A DNA stretch of 32,864 bases from a virus (lineage: Duplodnaviria; Caudoviricetes), in the IMG/VR virus record IMGVR_UViG_3300035041_000096, positions 1 through 32,864 of that record. One strand, given 5' to 3'. A program made the position numbers and the translations under genes. Of the stretch, positions 7,199 through 16,542 are shown one piece after another (position 1 is the first letter of the stretch; every line of letters begins with the position of its first letter). The notes below the pieces were generated by a model. The model saw only the letters and a list, made by a program, of their open reading frames with translations. It had not been told where the DNA came from and searched no databases.

Positions 7199-9237
7199 TA
7201 GCAGACAACCTTCACGATGTGACGATTATCCACTGCCGCATCGTTCCATACCTCGCCTTCGGGTTTCATGTAATATGTAGCTATGACTGGCCTTTTCATC
7301 CACCATCGTTTTTTAGTGAGAATGCCATCAGCTCTGAAGGTGAGTTTGGTGTTTACCGGGTATGGTCTGTCCACATACACAAGCACAAACCCCACTACGG
7401 CTCGAGGCATCTTATTATTCCCCTCTTTTCCGGCAAAGAAGCTGGCAGTATCAGAGGGGATTCCGTAATAGATCCCATCAACCAGGTGGGCATACCCATA
7501 CCTCCAGCCTAGTGGTGTTTCGATGAAATCGGCAAAGTCATTACCTACAGCACCTCGAACATAATTGCCCCAGATCTGGGTGAACGGCCAACCTGATGTG
7601 CCTATATTACTATCACCACCGCTTGAGTAGGGTATAATGCCGTTTTTCGGAGTTCTCAAATAGTTTGTATCCGTTCCATCAGCATGTACAAATCCTGGAT
7701 ACCCATTCAGGGTTTTCTCTGCAAGCACCCCATTACCATATAACAGGAACTGCCCGTTGATAGCTTTCAGGTATTCAACCCCGGCAGAGTTCTTGATGGA
7801 TAACCCGAAGAGATTTCCCTGGGAGAAACTCCAGGTCTCCCCCACCGTGTGCCCGGTAGGACTGCCGAATGAGATACTCAATCCCCCGTACCCAAGGGCA
7901 TAGGACTGACCTGATACAATCTCCTGCTGGCTAGTCCACGTACCACCGTTGACTCTCCACTTGAACGCATCCTGATAAAAGGTGTAGGTATCGTATGGGA
8001 TCTCTTTGACATATCGAACCGGTCTGGTATAGGTCCCATCAGCTTCTGCACTCCAGTGACCGGCAGAATCCCTTGATGAACCCGTATCCACATACTCGCT
8101 GTAGTGATCGAAGGTATAGGCTTCAATGGTCGTAGCATCCGGCATTCCTGACTCGGCATAGAGACTCGATGAAAAGTAGACTATGCGCCACATTCCTGTG
8201 GCATAATAATGAGCGGGACCCCACACACCGATATTCTGCTTCCAGAGCCGATTCCACATGAGATCGAGTTCATTCCCAGTTGGGATCACCCAGTCCGTTT
8301 TTCCTCCCGCAGACAGCGAATCTACCGCCTGGATGGCAGCAGTTGAGCCGAGAAAAGCTTTGAGGGCAGCAAAGTTCGTTTCGGCATCCCCGATCTCCCG
8401 AGAGTAGGTAGGGGTTGTGGGGGGACTTGAGAAATTTGATAGCGGCAGCTTCATGTCAGGAGGGTTGGTACCGTACCAGTTATCTGGCGCAGTCTCTATA
8501 TATCTCCACCCGTCAGTCCAGTTTCCCTTATCATAGAAGATGTATCCTCCTCCGGGTCCAATATCTCCGATCTGGTAAACGTGCTCGACCTGATAGGTAT
8601 GCTGTATGTTTGTTTGTGTGATCTGCACTTCAATCAAATCAACCGAAACGTCCCCTTCAGTTGGGGTGAGCAGGTCATTCTGCGTACCTCCCGAATGCAA
8701 GATCTCCCCCACTCCTACACTTTCCCTGGCAGCAAATCGGGCTCCGGTGTCAGCTCCCTCTCCAGAACGAAAGGTCCCGGTAAACTCCCCGTCTTTTGCT
8801 TTGATAATCCCGTTACCCAGGTAAAACCCCTTGCCGTCAGCTGGTGCTTCTCCATTGGGGCTGTAGCCGGAATACACTGCACCATCAGAGGTGACCTGGA
8901 TCTTTGTTGCAATGAGATGAGCATAAAAGGGAGTCCACTCGTACTGGGTAGGACTGGTGATATCAGGAGTAGAAGTCGTCTTGTTGTAAGCATGCCCGAT
9001 ATGGGTATGCAGCCCTTCAGTGTACGTGGTGCTGATATGTGAGCCGTAGATATTACTTGCGAACGCTACCCAGGTAAACAGACTCTGCCCATCTTCTCCG
9101 CGTGAACCAGATGGTCCCTGCGGACCTTCAGGGCCCACTTGCCCCTGATCCCCTTGAGGACCCTGTGGACCGGTTGGACCGGGTTCTCCGTCGAGTACTT
9201 CAAAGATGGTGATCTGGTTACGGGTGATAATGCTCAT
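7198..9237 (-). CDS. Tail fibre/receptor-binding protein: collagen-like repeat, DUF1566/C-type-lectin-like module, peptidase G2-like C-terminus
   Basis: GxY repeats near the N-terminus. YQIGDIGPGGGYIFYDKG..GWRYIETAP...DWVIPTGNEL...RPVR resembles DUF1566/CLec. GNDFADFIE...GIPSD...VVGFVLV resembles the G2 autocleavage domain. Confidence 0.75.
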   Translation of the reverse strand: MSIITRNQITIFEVLDGEPGPTGPQGPQGDQGQVGPEGPQGPSGSRGEDGQSLFTWVAFASNIYGSHISTTYTEGLHTHIGHAYNKTTSTPDITSPTQYEWTPFYAHLIATKIQVTSDGAVYSGYSPNGEAPADGKGFYLGNGIIKAKDGEFTGTFRSGEGADTGARFAARESVGVGEILHSGGTQNDLLTPTEGDVSVDLIEVQITQTNIQHTYQVEHVYQIGDIGPGGGYIFYDKGNWTDGWRYIETAPDNWYGTNPPDMKLPLSNFSSPPTTPTYSREIGDAETNFAALKAFLGSTAAIQAVDSLSAGGKTDWVIPTGNELDLMWNRLWKQNIGVWGPAHYYATGMWRIVYFSSSLYAESGMPDATTIEAYTFDHYSEYVDTGSSRDSAGHWSAEADGTYTRPVRYVKEIPYDTYTFYQDAFKWRVNGGTWTSQQEIVSGQSYALGYGGLSISFGSPTGHTVGETWSFSQGNLFGLSIKNSAGVEYLKAINGQFLLYGNGVLAEKTLNGYPGFVHADGTDTNYLRTPKNGIIPYSSGGDSNIGTSGWPFTQIWGNYVRGAVGNDFADFIETPLGWRYGYAHLVDGIYYGIPSDTASFFAGKEGNNKMPRAVVGFVLVYVDRPYPVNTKLTFRADGILTKKRWWMKRPVIATYYMKPEGEVWNDAAVDNRHIVKVVC
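9088..9189 (-). repeat. Collagen-like (Gly-X-Y)11 coding repeat
   Basis: Encodes GEPGPTGPQGPQGDQGQVGPEGPQGPSGSRGEDG. Confidence 0.9.
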
Positions 9238-9244
9238 TGTCTCT

Positions 9245-10291
9245 TTAGCTCACACTGCAGGTGATCGTTGATTTCACATCCACATCCGAGGTCCCCACTG
9301 AGATCGTCTTTCCGGTCTTCGAAGATGAGGCATCGGCAAAGTTCCTGGAGGTTCCATTCTTATCGGTAATCGTCCAGGTATACGTGTAGCCTGTCCCGGC
9401 AGCATCAATCTCCTCCCCGTTTCGAAAGAGTTTTGCTGATAGGTCTGTGGTTCCCACCCCATTCTTGAATACCGTTCCGGCAGTAGATTCAATGACCACC
9501 TGGATCGGATCTGTCATGTCGGTGAAGGCAATCACGTCGTAGAACGAATCACCATTGGTGGGAGAAGCAGCATCATTGTCTGTGATCTTCACCTTAAATT
9601 GCTGTAATCCCGTTACCATTGATGGGGTGACCGTCAAGGAACTGCTTGTCTCTCCAGTTATGAGATCCCAGTCAGCCCCTGCCCCTTCATCAGCATTGCC
9701 TGGAGCATACCCAAACCACTGGTAGCTTAGCAGCGTGGTATCCAGTGTTGCTCCTCGGTAGAGCTCTGCTTTAGCTGTGAGACTGTTCGGGGCCGAGTTC
9801 TTAAACACATTCCCGTTTGGTGCGTGAACTGCGGCAACGGCAATATTATTCCCGTCAATGACTTTGGAGAGGTTGATGCTCATCTTGTAGGTGAGATCCA
9901 GTCCCGTGGCACTGTCGTGATAGATAACGGTACACAGGTATTCGATCGCTGAAATACTTCCGGTAAGCTTATTACTACTCACAGAAAGGATATGGTTTTT
10001 GGTTCCAGATACCGCTTCTCCAGTACTCAAGGCTGCAAATGTACTTTGGTCTGATGGTTTGCGCTGCCAGGTCACCGACAGGACTGCAGAGTCCGTGATC
10101 TTATCACTCCCGCTTCCCAGGATAAACAGGCTTGGCGTAAGCACCAGGGAGGTTGCACCCCAATCTGGGGTATAGGTCCCGGTGTCAGCTGAATAGCGCT
10201 GGGTCTTGGGGAGATTCGATGTGATGAAGCCCGTCAGTGTGAGGGCATCGTTGTAATCCATGATGGTAATTTGGCCAACTGATACTGCCAT
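9245..10291 (-). CDS. Minor tail protein with Ig-like beta-sandwich repeats
   Basis: S/T/G-rich, with the repeated module xxGxVFKN...LxAxLxRxG...Y.W (two copies). Located in the tail-tip region. Confidence 0.7.
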   Translation of the reverse strand: MAVSVGQITIMDYNDALTLTGFITSNLPKTQRYSADTGTYTPDWGATSLVLTPSLFILGSGSDKITDSAVLSVTWQRKPSDQSTFAALSTGEAVSGTKNHILSVSSNKLTGSISAIEYLCTVIYHDSATGLDLTYKMSINLSKVIDGNNIAVAAVHAPNGNVFKNSAPNSLTAKAELYRGATLDTTLLSYQWFGYAPGNADEGAGADWDLITGETSSSLTVTPSMVTGLQQFKVKITDNDAASPTNGDSFYDVIAFTDMTDPIQVVIESTAGTVFKNGVGTTDLSAKLFRNGEEIDAAGTGYTYTWTITDKNGTSRNFADASSSKTGKTISVGTSDVDVKSTITCSVS

Positions 10292-10306
10292 AAGCGTTCT
10301 CTCCTT

Positions 10307-12025
10307 TTATATGAGCTCACAAAAGAATGTGGCTCTGTGTTCTACATCTTCATCTGTTATCTGAATGCTTGTACTTCCGGCCGAGTAATGAGCTGAGTTC
10401 CACACATCATCTGCATTACTATCTTGTGATTTTCGAGTCCACCGAAAGCGCGATGGATCATATCTGTCAGTTATCTCTTGGGCTCCCTGGTAGACTCTGG
10501 CTTCCAATGTGGTGTCTGTCAGTGCAGGTCGAAAGATATTCCCATTCGTTGAGACTACTACCAGGATGATCGCATCATCTCCCTTTTCACCTTTCTGGGT
10601 GTTTCTGGAGGTGTAATATGATGAGGTAATCGCCTGGATATCCCCAAACTCTGATATCCCAACTGCCTGATACCCGATTCCTGGGATCTCATCGGTCCAT
10701 CGCTTCTGTGTGATCTGCACATCGGTATCTATGGGAGGATCGACTTGGGAGAGATGAACAATATCTCCTGGTTCATAGAGATCATCAAAGAGTTCAAACT
10801 GATAGGAGATCGTCCCAAAGCTGTTCTTTTCATGCAGTCGTGTTGCGTGCAGCCTGGCATCATCCTGAGTAAAAAGATGATAAGCCTCCACTGACTCTGG
10901 ATTGGATGCTGTTGAGGGGAGAAACGTCTCCTGTATGCTGTGCCGATACAAAGCTCTGCCCCAAATTTCAAAAACATAGAGCTTGAGCGACTCGGTTGTG
11001 GGGTTGTGAAAGACCACCTTGGCTTTCTGGGCTTCATAGGTGGCAGTAGCAGTGATTCCGCTATCGGATCTCCAGATGAGCTCGTGATGATCACTTGATA
11101 CAAGCGAGATATCTTCATTCTTGAGCCTAGAGGTTTTCTCCTGGTATGGCCGGTCAAGCCAGGTTGAGCGGTAGGTTTGATACACCTCAGTGATATCGGC
11201 ATCCTCTGGATAATATCCACCAGGCTCAATGAGCTTGCCAGAGGGAATCCCGTCACTTCCAATAGGGAGGCCATCCTGGTAGAGGCACACCGAATCAAGG
11301 ACCCCAGCCTTCGGCCAGGAGAGGATAATTCCATCATGGTCAGTGTCCTGCTTTGTCACGGTAAACGGGCTGACCGTTGATATGTTTTCTGAAACTGTGC
11401 CTTTGGGGGTGAGAATATCTGGATCCCACTTGAAGAGTGTCAACGCTCCATCAGGCTTCGTAGTAAGCACATACCCGTATTCTCTCAAAACCTCATCGAG
11501 CACATTACGATACGTTTGTTTGTTGGCTCTGATACTCACCATACGGATGCTCTGTGTGGCCATTGTAATTACATCCCGATCAATTTCTGATTGCTCATAG
11601 CCTGCCCTCACGAGCAGCGATTCAAACAATGATCCAATTGTTACTCCTGGATCATCGATTGATGAAGGATACTGAAGGTCCTCTGGTATCTTGGTATCGA
11701 GTCTCCAGCTGGTATCTCGGAGTTCAAGAGTTATGTCCTCCTGGAACTCATCACGTTTGTGCTCAAATCCTGTTGCAACATATCCATAAAAATGAGGATC
11801 TCCATTTCTAAAAACTTTGGCATACACTTTTCGACCAGGTTCCAGGGACAAAAATTTAGCCACCAAGAGCTGATCGTAGACGAGCTTACAGGAGGCTGTA
11901 TCAATAACCGATGCTAGCTCGTCATTTATGATCTGCTCTTGTTGAGTGTATGTCTCCGCTCGAATGTGATGGGTAACCTCAATCCAGGTGCTCTCCCCTG
12001 GGAATAGGAGGAAAAGATCTATCAT
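10307..12025 (-). CDS. Tail tip/hub (Tal-like) minor structural protein
   Basis: 572 aa directly after the tape measure (ATGA overlap), with a C-terminal STNGNIF...LEARVYQG..F.W.R Ig-like module. Confidence 0.65.
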   Translation of the reverse strand: MIDLFLLFPGESTWIEVTHHIRAETYTQQEQIINDELASVIDTASCKLVYDQLLVAKFLSLEPGRKVYAKVFRNGDPHFYGYVATGFEHKRDEFQEDITLELRDTSWRLDTKIPEDLQYPSSIDDPGVTIGSLFESLLVRAGYEQSEIDRDVITMATQSIRMVSIRANKQTYRNVLDEVLREYGYVLTTKPDGALTLFKWDPDILTPKGTVSENISTVSPFTVTKQDTDHDGIILSWPKAGVLDSVCLYQDGLPIGSDGIPSGKLIEPGGYYPEDADITEVYQTYRSTWLDRPYQEKTSRLKNEDISLVSSDHHELIWRSDSGITATATYEAQKAKVVFHNPTTESLKLYVFEIWGRALYRHSIQETFLPSTASNPESVEAYHLFTQDDARLHATRLHEKNSFGTISYQFELFDDLYEPGDIVHLSQVDPPIDTDVQITQKRWTDEIPGIGYQAVGISEFGDIQAITSSYYTSRNTQKGEKGDDAIILVVVSTNGNIFRPALTDTTLEARVYQGAQEITDRYDPSRFRWTRKSQDSNADDVWNSAHYSAGSTSIQITDEDVEHRATFFCELI

Positions 12026-15018
12026 GCTGATACCCTCCCGAGCTTTTTCAGGCGTTTGCCTGCAGCATCCAATCTGGCATACAGATCATCTACACCATAC
12101 ACGTCGCCTGTGATTGTGATGTTGATATCACCACCAGAGGGACCATGCAGATTGGGACTGGTTATTGGAGATACTTGTACGCGCTCCTTGCCCCCGGCAT
12201 TATCCCCAACTAAGAGCAGCTGAGGTCCAGTGGTGATAAAATCAGCACCTGTTGCAGCAGCGGGAACCTCGATGTTGTACCTTGAGGCAAGTTCTTGGAT
12301 CTCATCATCGGTGAGCCCGTCAGGATCTGATGAGATATCACCCAGCAGCTGCTTATAGGTTGCTATACGCTCTTCTAGATCTTCATCCTTACCCGTCCAG
12401 AACTTTGTCCATCCACTTAAATCCTCAAGCTCTCCTGTAAGCTCTGTGATGACATCCCCGATGCCTGAGATGAGGGTATCCTGGTTTTCAAGTGCTCTTT
12501 GGTCTGCTTGATAGTCCTGGTTAATCCCGGAAGCCTGATCAAAATACTCATTTCCAGTAATCTGGCCCCTCTGCCACTGGTCACGAAGGATCTCAAGTCG
12601 CAGATCACGGTTCTGCTCTAAGAGATCCATCTCATCTTCAATAGCTTCCAGCCTCTGCTTGGATAATTCTTCTTCCATATCCAGCACATCAAGAAACATC
12701 TTTTCAATGCTCTCATTCGCATCACTGAGCGCCCTATCCACCTGCTTTGCCTGCTCTATGGTTTCAAAGATCGAGGAGCTTATCCCTTCAAATATGCCTC
12801 CGGCCAAGTGGACCAACGGGGCAAAGGGTCCTGCAGCTGCTGCAAACATACTTGTTGCACTCGAGATGATGGACGATGAGATCTCTTTCCCCTGCAGCTC
12901 TCCTGTGCCTATTCCTTTACCAATTTCACCAAAGACGGTGTTGAGTGTTTCAATCAGGTGCTCTGAGAGCTCTGTCTCCAGGTTCTCTGAGAACTTCGAC
13001 CAGTCAAACTCAGAGAATTCTTGTTGTAGCGCCTCAAACCCGGTAACTGCGTCTTCATTCGTATTGATCCACTCCCCGTAGAGCTCAAGAAACCCGGCGA
13101 GCTCTTCGCGGCTGACTTCAGTGGAGGAGGCAAGCTGATCAAAAGCCCGAGTGACCAAGAGAGATTTTTCCGCTGAGGCGTCATAGATATCAGATAACTT
13201 CTCCCCTTCACGCGTGAGGGTGCTGTAGGCATCTGCAGCACGGTCGACACCCGATAACTGCTCATCCAGATTCTCAGTGATAGCTGAAAAAATATCCTGT
13301 CCATCGAATGATGCAAGGAGTGCCTTCACCTCTTCTAAGGTAAGTAATCCTTTCTCCTGGTATGCATTGAGCTCTTTTTGTAACGCCAGGCGTTCTTGTT
13401 CCCTCTGCTGAGTCTCACTGAGAAGTGAACTCTTGAGCTCTTCAATGCGTTTCTCTGTTTCCTTGGCCTGAGCGATGTCTTCAATATCACCTTTTACTTC
13501 CTCATATCGTGCAACTAAAAGTCCAAGATCATCTTGCCAGACATCAAGGGATGCATAGTCCCCATGCCCCTCCCAGACTGCATGAATAGCTTTTTCGAGC
13601 TCCCCAAGCTCTGCTTGCAGTGTTTCAGCCTCTGAGTAGATAGGAGGTAGTGTTATCGGATTATCAGCAAAGCTAGAGGGACTCTCATCCCCGAAGATAG
13701 CCTTCTTTGTTTTTTCCCACTTTTCACCTAAAGAAACAGCAGCTTCTTCTGCTGACTCTGCGGTCCCATCAAGGGCTGCCTGCAGCCGTTCGTTATCTTT
13801 GATCAACGCATCAATTCGCTCACCTACTGCTGTGTTACCCAGCGCTTTATTCATCCAGGTCTCTAGAGCCTGCAGCTGGGCTTGGAGATCCTGCTCTGAG
13901 TCCAGCGATATCTTGATAGGGTTGCCGGTAAAATCCTCATAGAAATCTTCTAAGAGTCTCCTGGCCTCATCGAGCTTGGTCTCAAGGGTGTAGCCCTCCC
14001 ACCAATTCTCTGCTTGCTCCACCGGCTTCTGTGCTATCTCCTGGAGCTCCTTATATCCCGTCTTAAGCACCGCAATATTCTCATTGGCCTCTTGTTTCAG
14101 TTCTGCAATCCTGCGGTTATTGCGCTCCATCTGGGCAATCCGAGGATCCTCGGCCGGTATCTCTCCGAGCCCCTGGTTCTCCCGGGCAAGCTCATTCATG
14201 TGATCGATGACATCTGCAAGTCCGCTTTTCAAGGGTGTGAGCACCCGGTTTACAAAGCCACCAGCATGCTCGGTCATCTCTTTGTAGGACTCAGACAAAC
14301 GCCTGGTTACATTGGCACTGCTATCAGCGGTGCGCGAATAATCACCAATAGCGTTCTTTGACTGCTCCATGGCAAGCTCTAGGGAGGCCTGGGCTGTTGC
14401 AAGCAGCTTCGCCTGGCCGGTAAGATCTTCTTGTCCCTTTTCGAGTAATCGTTGCTGGACATCGGCCTCTCTGATGACGATCCCAAGGGATTTGACCATC
14501 TCCCGTTCACCAAGCATCATCTTGGTAAGCGCCTGCACGGCCCCTGCAGCACCTCCTGCGTAGTTGGAAAAGGAGGCCAAATCTGATCCAAAGGTTGCCA
14601 CTGCCTCAGATAGTTCAAGTGCTTGCACCTGGGTTGCTCCCATACCGGTGAGGAGGTCCCCCACATTTCCCAGAAGCTCTTTGGAGGTAGATGCAGCTAC
14701 GTTGAAGGATGATGCATATCGCCTGGCAACCTCCTCGGCCGTAGATGCAATATCACCAAAGACCACAGAGAACTTGGAGGCAGTCTCTTCTGCCTCTGAT
14801 GCGCTTTTTGCAAATTTATTGAGCTGGGTTGAGATGTAGGCAACGGACATGCCAAGACCTGCGGTTGCCAGAGCCCGCTTGGCAAACTGGGCAGCCCTCG
14901 CGAAAGCTTCTGTGGAAGTCTCTGCTTGTTTGGTGGTTTTGTTGTACTGGTTAAGATCCCGAACGGCCTTATCGACCTCGGCCTTAATCACCAGCTTCAG
15001 CTCATCTCGATATTCCAT
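12022..15018 (-). CDS. Tail tape measure protein
   Basis: 998 aa, Ala/Glu-rich and helical. N-terminal ELKLVIKAEVDKA, C-terminal AAATGADFITTGPQLLLVGD..GKERVQVSP. Follows the chaperone genes. Confidence 0.9.
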   Translation of the reverse strand: MEYRDELKLVIKAEVDKAVRDLNQYNKTTKQAETSTEAFARAAQFAKRALATAGLGMSVAYISTQLNKFAKSASEAEETASKFSVVFGDIASTAEEVARRYASSFNVAASTSKELLGNVGDLLTGMGATQVQALELSEAVATFGSDLASFSNYAGGAAGAVQALTKMMLGEREMVKSLGIVIREADVQQRLLEKGQEDLTGQAKLLATAQASLELAMEQSKNAIGDYSRTADSSANVTRRLSESYKEMTEHAGGFVNRVLTPLKSGLADVIDHMNELARENQGLGEIPAEDPRIAQMERNNRRIAELKQEANENIAVLKTGYKELQEIAQKPVEQAENWWEGYTLETKLDEARRLLEDFYEDFTGNPIKISLDSEQDLQAQLQALETWMNKALGNTAVGERIDALIKDNERLQAALDGTAESAEEAAVSLGEKWEKTKKAIFGDESPSSFADNPITLPPIYSEAETLQAELGELEKAIHAVWEGHGDYASLDVWQDDLGLLVARYEEVKGDIEDIAQAKETEKRIEELKSSLLSETQQREQERLALQKELNAYQEKGLLTLEEVKALLASFDGQDIFSAITENLDEQLSGVDRAADAYSTLTREGEKLSDIYDASAEKSLLVTRAFDQLASSTEVSREELAGFLELYGEWINTNEDAVTGFEALQQEFSEFDWSKFSENLETELSEHLIETLNTVFGEIGKGIGTGELQGKEISSSIISSATSMFAAAAGPFAPLVHLAGGIFEGISSSIFETIEQAKQVDRALSDANESIEKMFLDVLDMEEELSKQRLEAIEDEMDLLEQNRDLRLEILRDQWQRGQITGNEYFDQASGINQDYQADQRALENQDTLISGIGDVITELTGELEDLSGWTKFWTGKDEDLEERIATYKQLLGDISSDPDGLTDDEIQELASRYNIEVPAAATGADFITTGPQLLLVGDNAGGKERVQVSPITSPNLHGPSGGDINITITGDVYGVDDLYARLDAAGKRLKKLGRVSA

Positions 15019-15022
15019 GTTT

Positions 15023-15352
15023 TTAGTGGCTGTTTTTCTCCCGCTGTGCCTTCAAGAATACTGCGTGCTCCTGCTCGAGGATCTCCATACACGCTACCCA
15101 CAGCTCTCGCTCTCTCATGTACCCATCTGATCCATGGGGAAGCCCAAAGCGCTTCCATCTACACCACTGGTTCCAGCAAGAAAGATGGAATTCATCTCGA
15201 AGTAATCGGGGGATCTCCTTTCGTTTGATAAGCACATAGCCAGCTGTACTTGCCCCCGAAAGTACTCTCTCTTTCTCCTCTGGATACTCATCCCAATCAT
15301 CACGCTCCCCGGCCCCAGAGAAGTAGAGCTGGAGAGCTAGTCGGAGTTTTTT
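15023..15352 (-). CDS. Tail assembly chaperone T segment (expressed as a G-T fusion by -1 frameshift)
   Basis: The -1 frame is open from the slippery site at 15352 to the stop at 15023: KLRLALQLYFSGAGERDDWDEYPEEKERVLSGASTAGYVLIKRKEIPR...KNSH. Confidence 0.75.
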   Translation of the reverse strand, partial: KKLRLALQLYFSGAGERDDWDEYPEEKERVLSGASTAGYVLIKRKEIPRLLRDEFHLSCWNQWCRWKRFGLPHGSDGYMRERELWVACMEILEQEHAVFLKAQREKNSH

Positions 15353-15714
15353 TCATCCTCCTCCTCGAGAATGGTCTGACGCCGTATCTCGACTACCAGC
15401 TCTTCAATAAGCGGCTCAAGCCGGGGATCACGGGATGCAAGGAGGGCTTTACCATCTGGGATCGCCCCATCAATGTCAGTCTCAAGATTGGTGATCGTTC
15501 CTACACACGAGCGGATAACCTGGGCATGGTTAGTCTTTACTTTTATCTCGGTGTGTGCGTTTGTCTGCACGTAGCTGATCTCGCTTTTTAAGATCTCCCG
15601 CATCTCGTGAGTCGGATAGTTGATCTTCACCGCTATCTGCTCGCTTTTTGGCAGGTTCTGGTTGTCCTTGAATGTCGGAATGTATGAGCCCTTCAGGCTC
15701 CCGGTTAATTTCAC
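15337..15714 (-). CDS. Tail assembly chaperone (lambda gpG-like)
   Basis: Positioned between tail tube and tape measure, ends in ...EKN with the slippery sequence, and has a GTG start with GGAG SD. Confidence 0.75.
   Translation of the reverse strand: MKLTGSLKGSYIPTFKDNQNLPKSEQIAVKINYPTHEMREILKSEISYVQTNAHTEIKVKTNHAQVIRSCVGTITNLETDIDGAIPDGKALLASRDPRLEPLIEELVVEIRRQTILEEEDEKNSD
15346..15352 (-). other. Programmed -1 ribosomal frameshift site A AAA AAC
   Basis: GAA AAA AAC TCC GAC TAG at the end of the 125-aa ORF gives a correctly phased X XXY YYZ heptamer between the tail tube and tape measure genes. Confidence 0.8.
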
Positions 15715-15862
15715 AGTCTCTTATCTCCACTTTCAGGGTTAAGGACCCCTGTTTGTTGTATGCTTGTACCACCCTGCAGTTCTCTATTCGCTCATTTCCT
15801 GCATAGAGTGTTATTGTCCTGGCATCAGCCGGGTTACCTCCCGGCTTGTAGGTTATCTTCAT
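15530..15862 (-). CDS. Hypothetical phage protein (3' half overlaps the chaperone gene)
   Basis: ATG 9 bp after the tail tube stop with a G-rich SD; it fills the gap 15715-15862. The overlapping C-terminal portion looks non-conserved. Confidence 0.45.
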   Translation of the reverse strand: MKITYKPGGNPADARTITLYAGNERIENCRVVQAYNKQGSLTLKVEIRDCEINREPEGLIHSDIQGQPEPAKKRADSGEDQLSDSRDAGDLKKRDQLRADKRTHRDKSKD

Positions 15863-15871
15863 TCCCTACCC

Positions 15872-16537
15872 CTATGCCGTGATGGTCCTGCGGTAGGTTG
15901 TCGGTTTCTCTGATCCCACCACGGTGTAATTGAAGGTAAACACCTGATTTCCCTCCAGAGGCTTATCAAGGGTGATACTCTCAGTGATAACTGGCAGGTA
16001 ATCAGTGACCTCCTGCTTGCCAACCTCCTCACTCTCGTATCGGGAGAGAAAGAAATGCAGCGGCTTGCCATCACTTTTGAGAACGGTAATCCCCCCTGCC
16101 CCGTCATCGGTTGTCACCGGCTTGAAGCGGGATAAGAGCTCATCCTGCAGCCCTGATTCGTCTGCATCGAGAAAGTACCCTTCAACCGATCCTGTGAGCT
16201 CTGCTCTCTTGCCCTCAGCAAAGCTCTTGACCGTATCCTGCTGGGTCGTATTCTCATGCTTACTCTTTGTTGCTGAATGCGGCACATTGGTCACAAACGC
16301 TATTTTCTCGTGGGTAATAGGGATTACCGCATCGCCCGTCTGGAGGGTCACCGCAGGTTTGTTGTAGAATACATCCCGTACCCCTAGTCCTACCGGCAGC
16401 CCAGAGGCAGCTCCTTTACTGACAATCTTGAAAAACCCTTCACCGGCAAGCTCTGACCCGAGTTCTGCCCCTTCAATCTGATCTTCCAGCCTCCCGTAGT
16501 ACAAATATCCTTGTTCACCCAGTAATCTCTCACTCAT
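15872..16537 (-). CDS. Major tail (tube) protein
   Basis: 221 aa after the tail terminator, with a beta-rich tube-like C-terminus (ITESITLDKPLEGNQVFTFNYTVVG) and SD GGAAGG. Confidence 0.7.
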   Translation of the reverse strand: MSERLLGEQGYLYYGRLEDQIEGAELGSELAGEGFFKIVSKGAASGLPVGLGVRDVFYNKPAVTLQTGDAVIPITHEKIAFVTNVPHSATKSKHENTTQQDTVKSFAEGKRAELTGSVEGYFLDADESGLQDELLSRFKPVTTDDGAGGITVLKSDGKPLHFFLSRYESEEVGKQEVTDYLPVITESITLDKPLEGNQVFTFNYTVVGSEKPTTYRRTITA

Positions 16538-16542
16538 CTTGT

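Noticed and set aside
8008-8577. Diversity-generating retroelement targeting the CLec-like tail fibre module
   Set aside because: No reverse transcriptase, Avd or template-repeat copy is visible in the window, and the module is internal rather than C-terminal.
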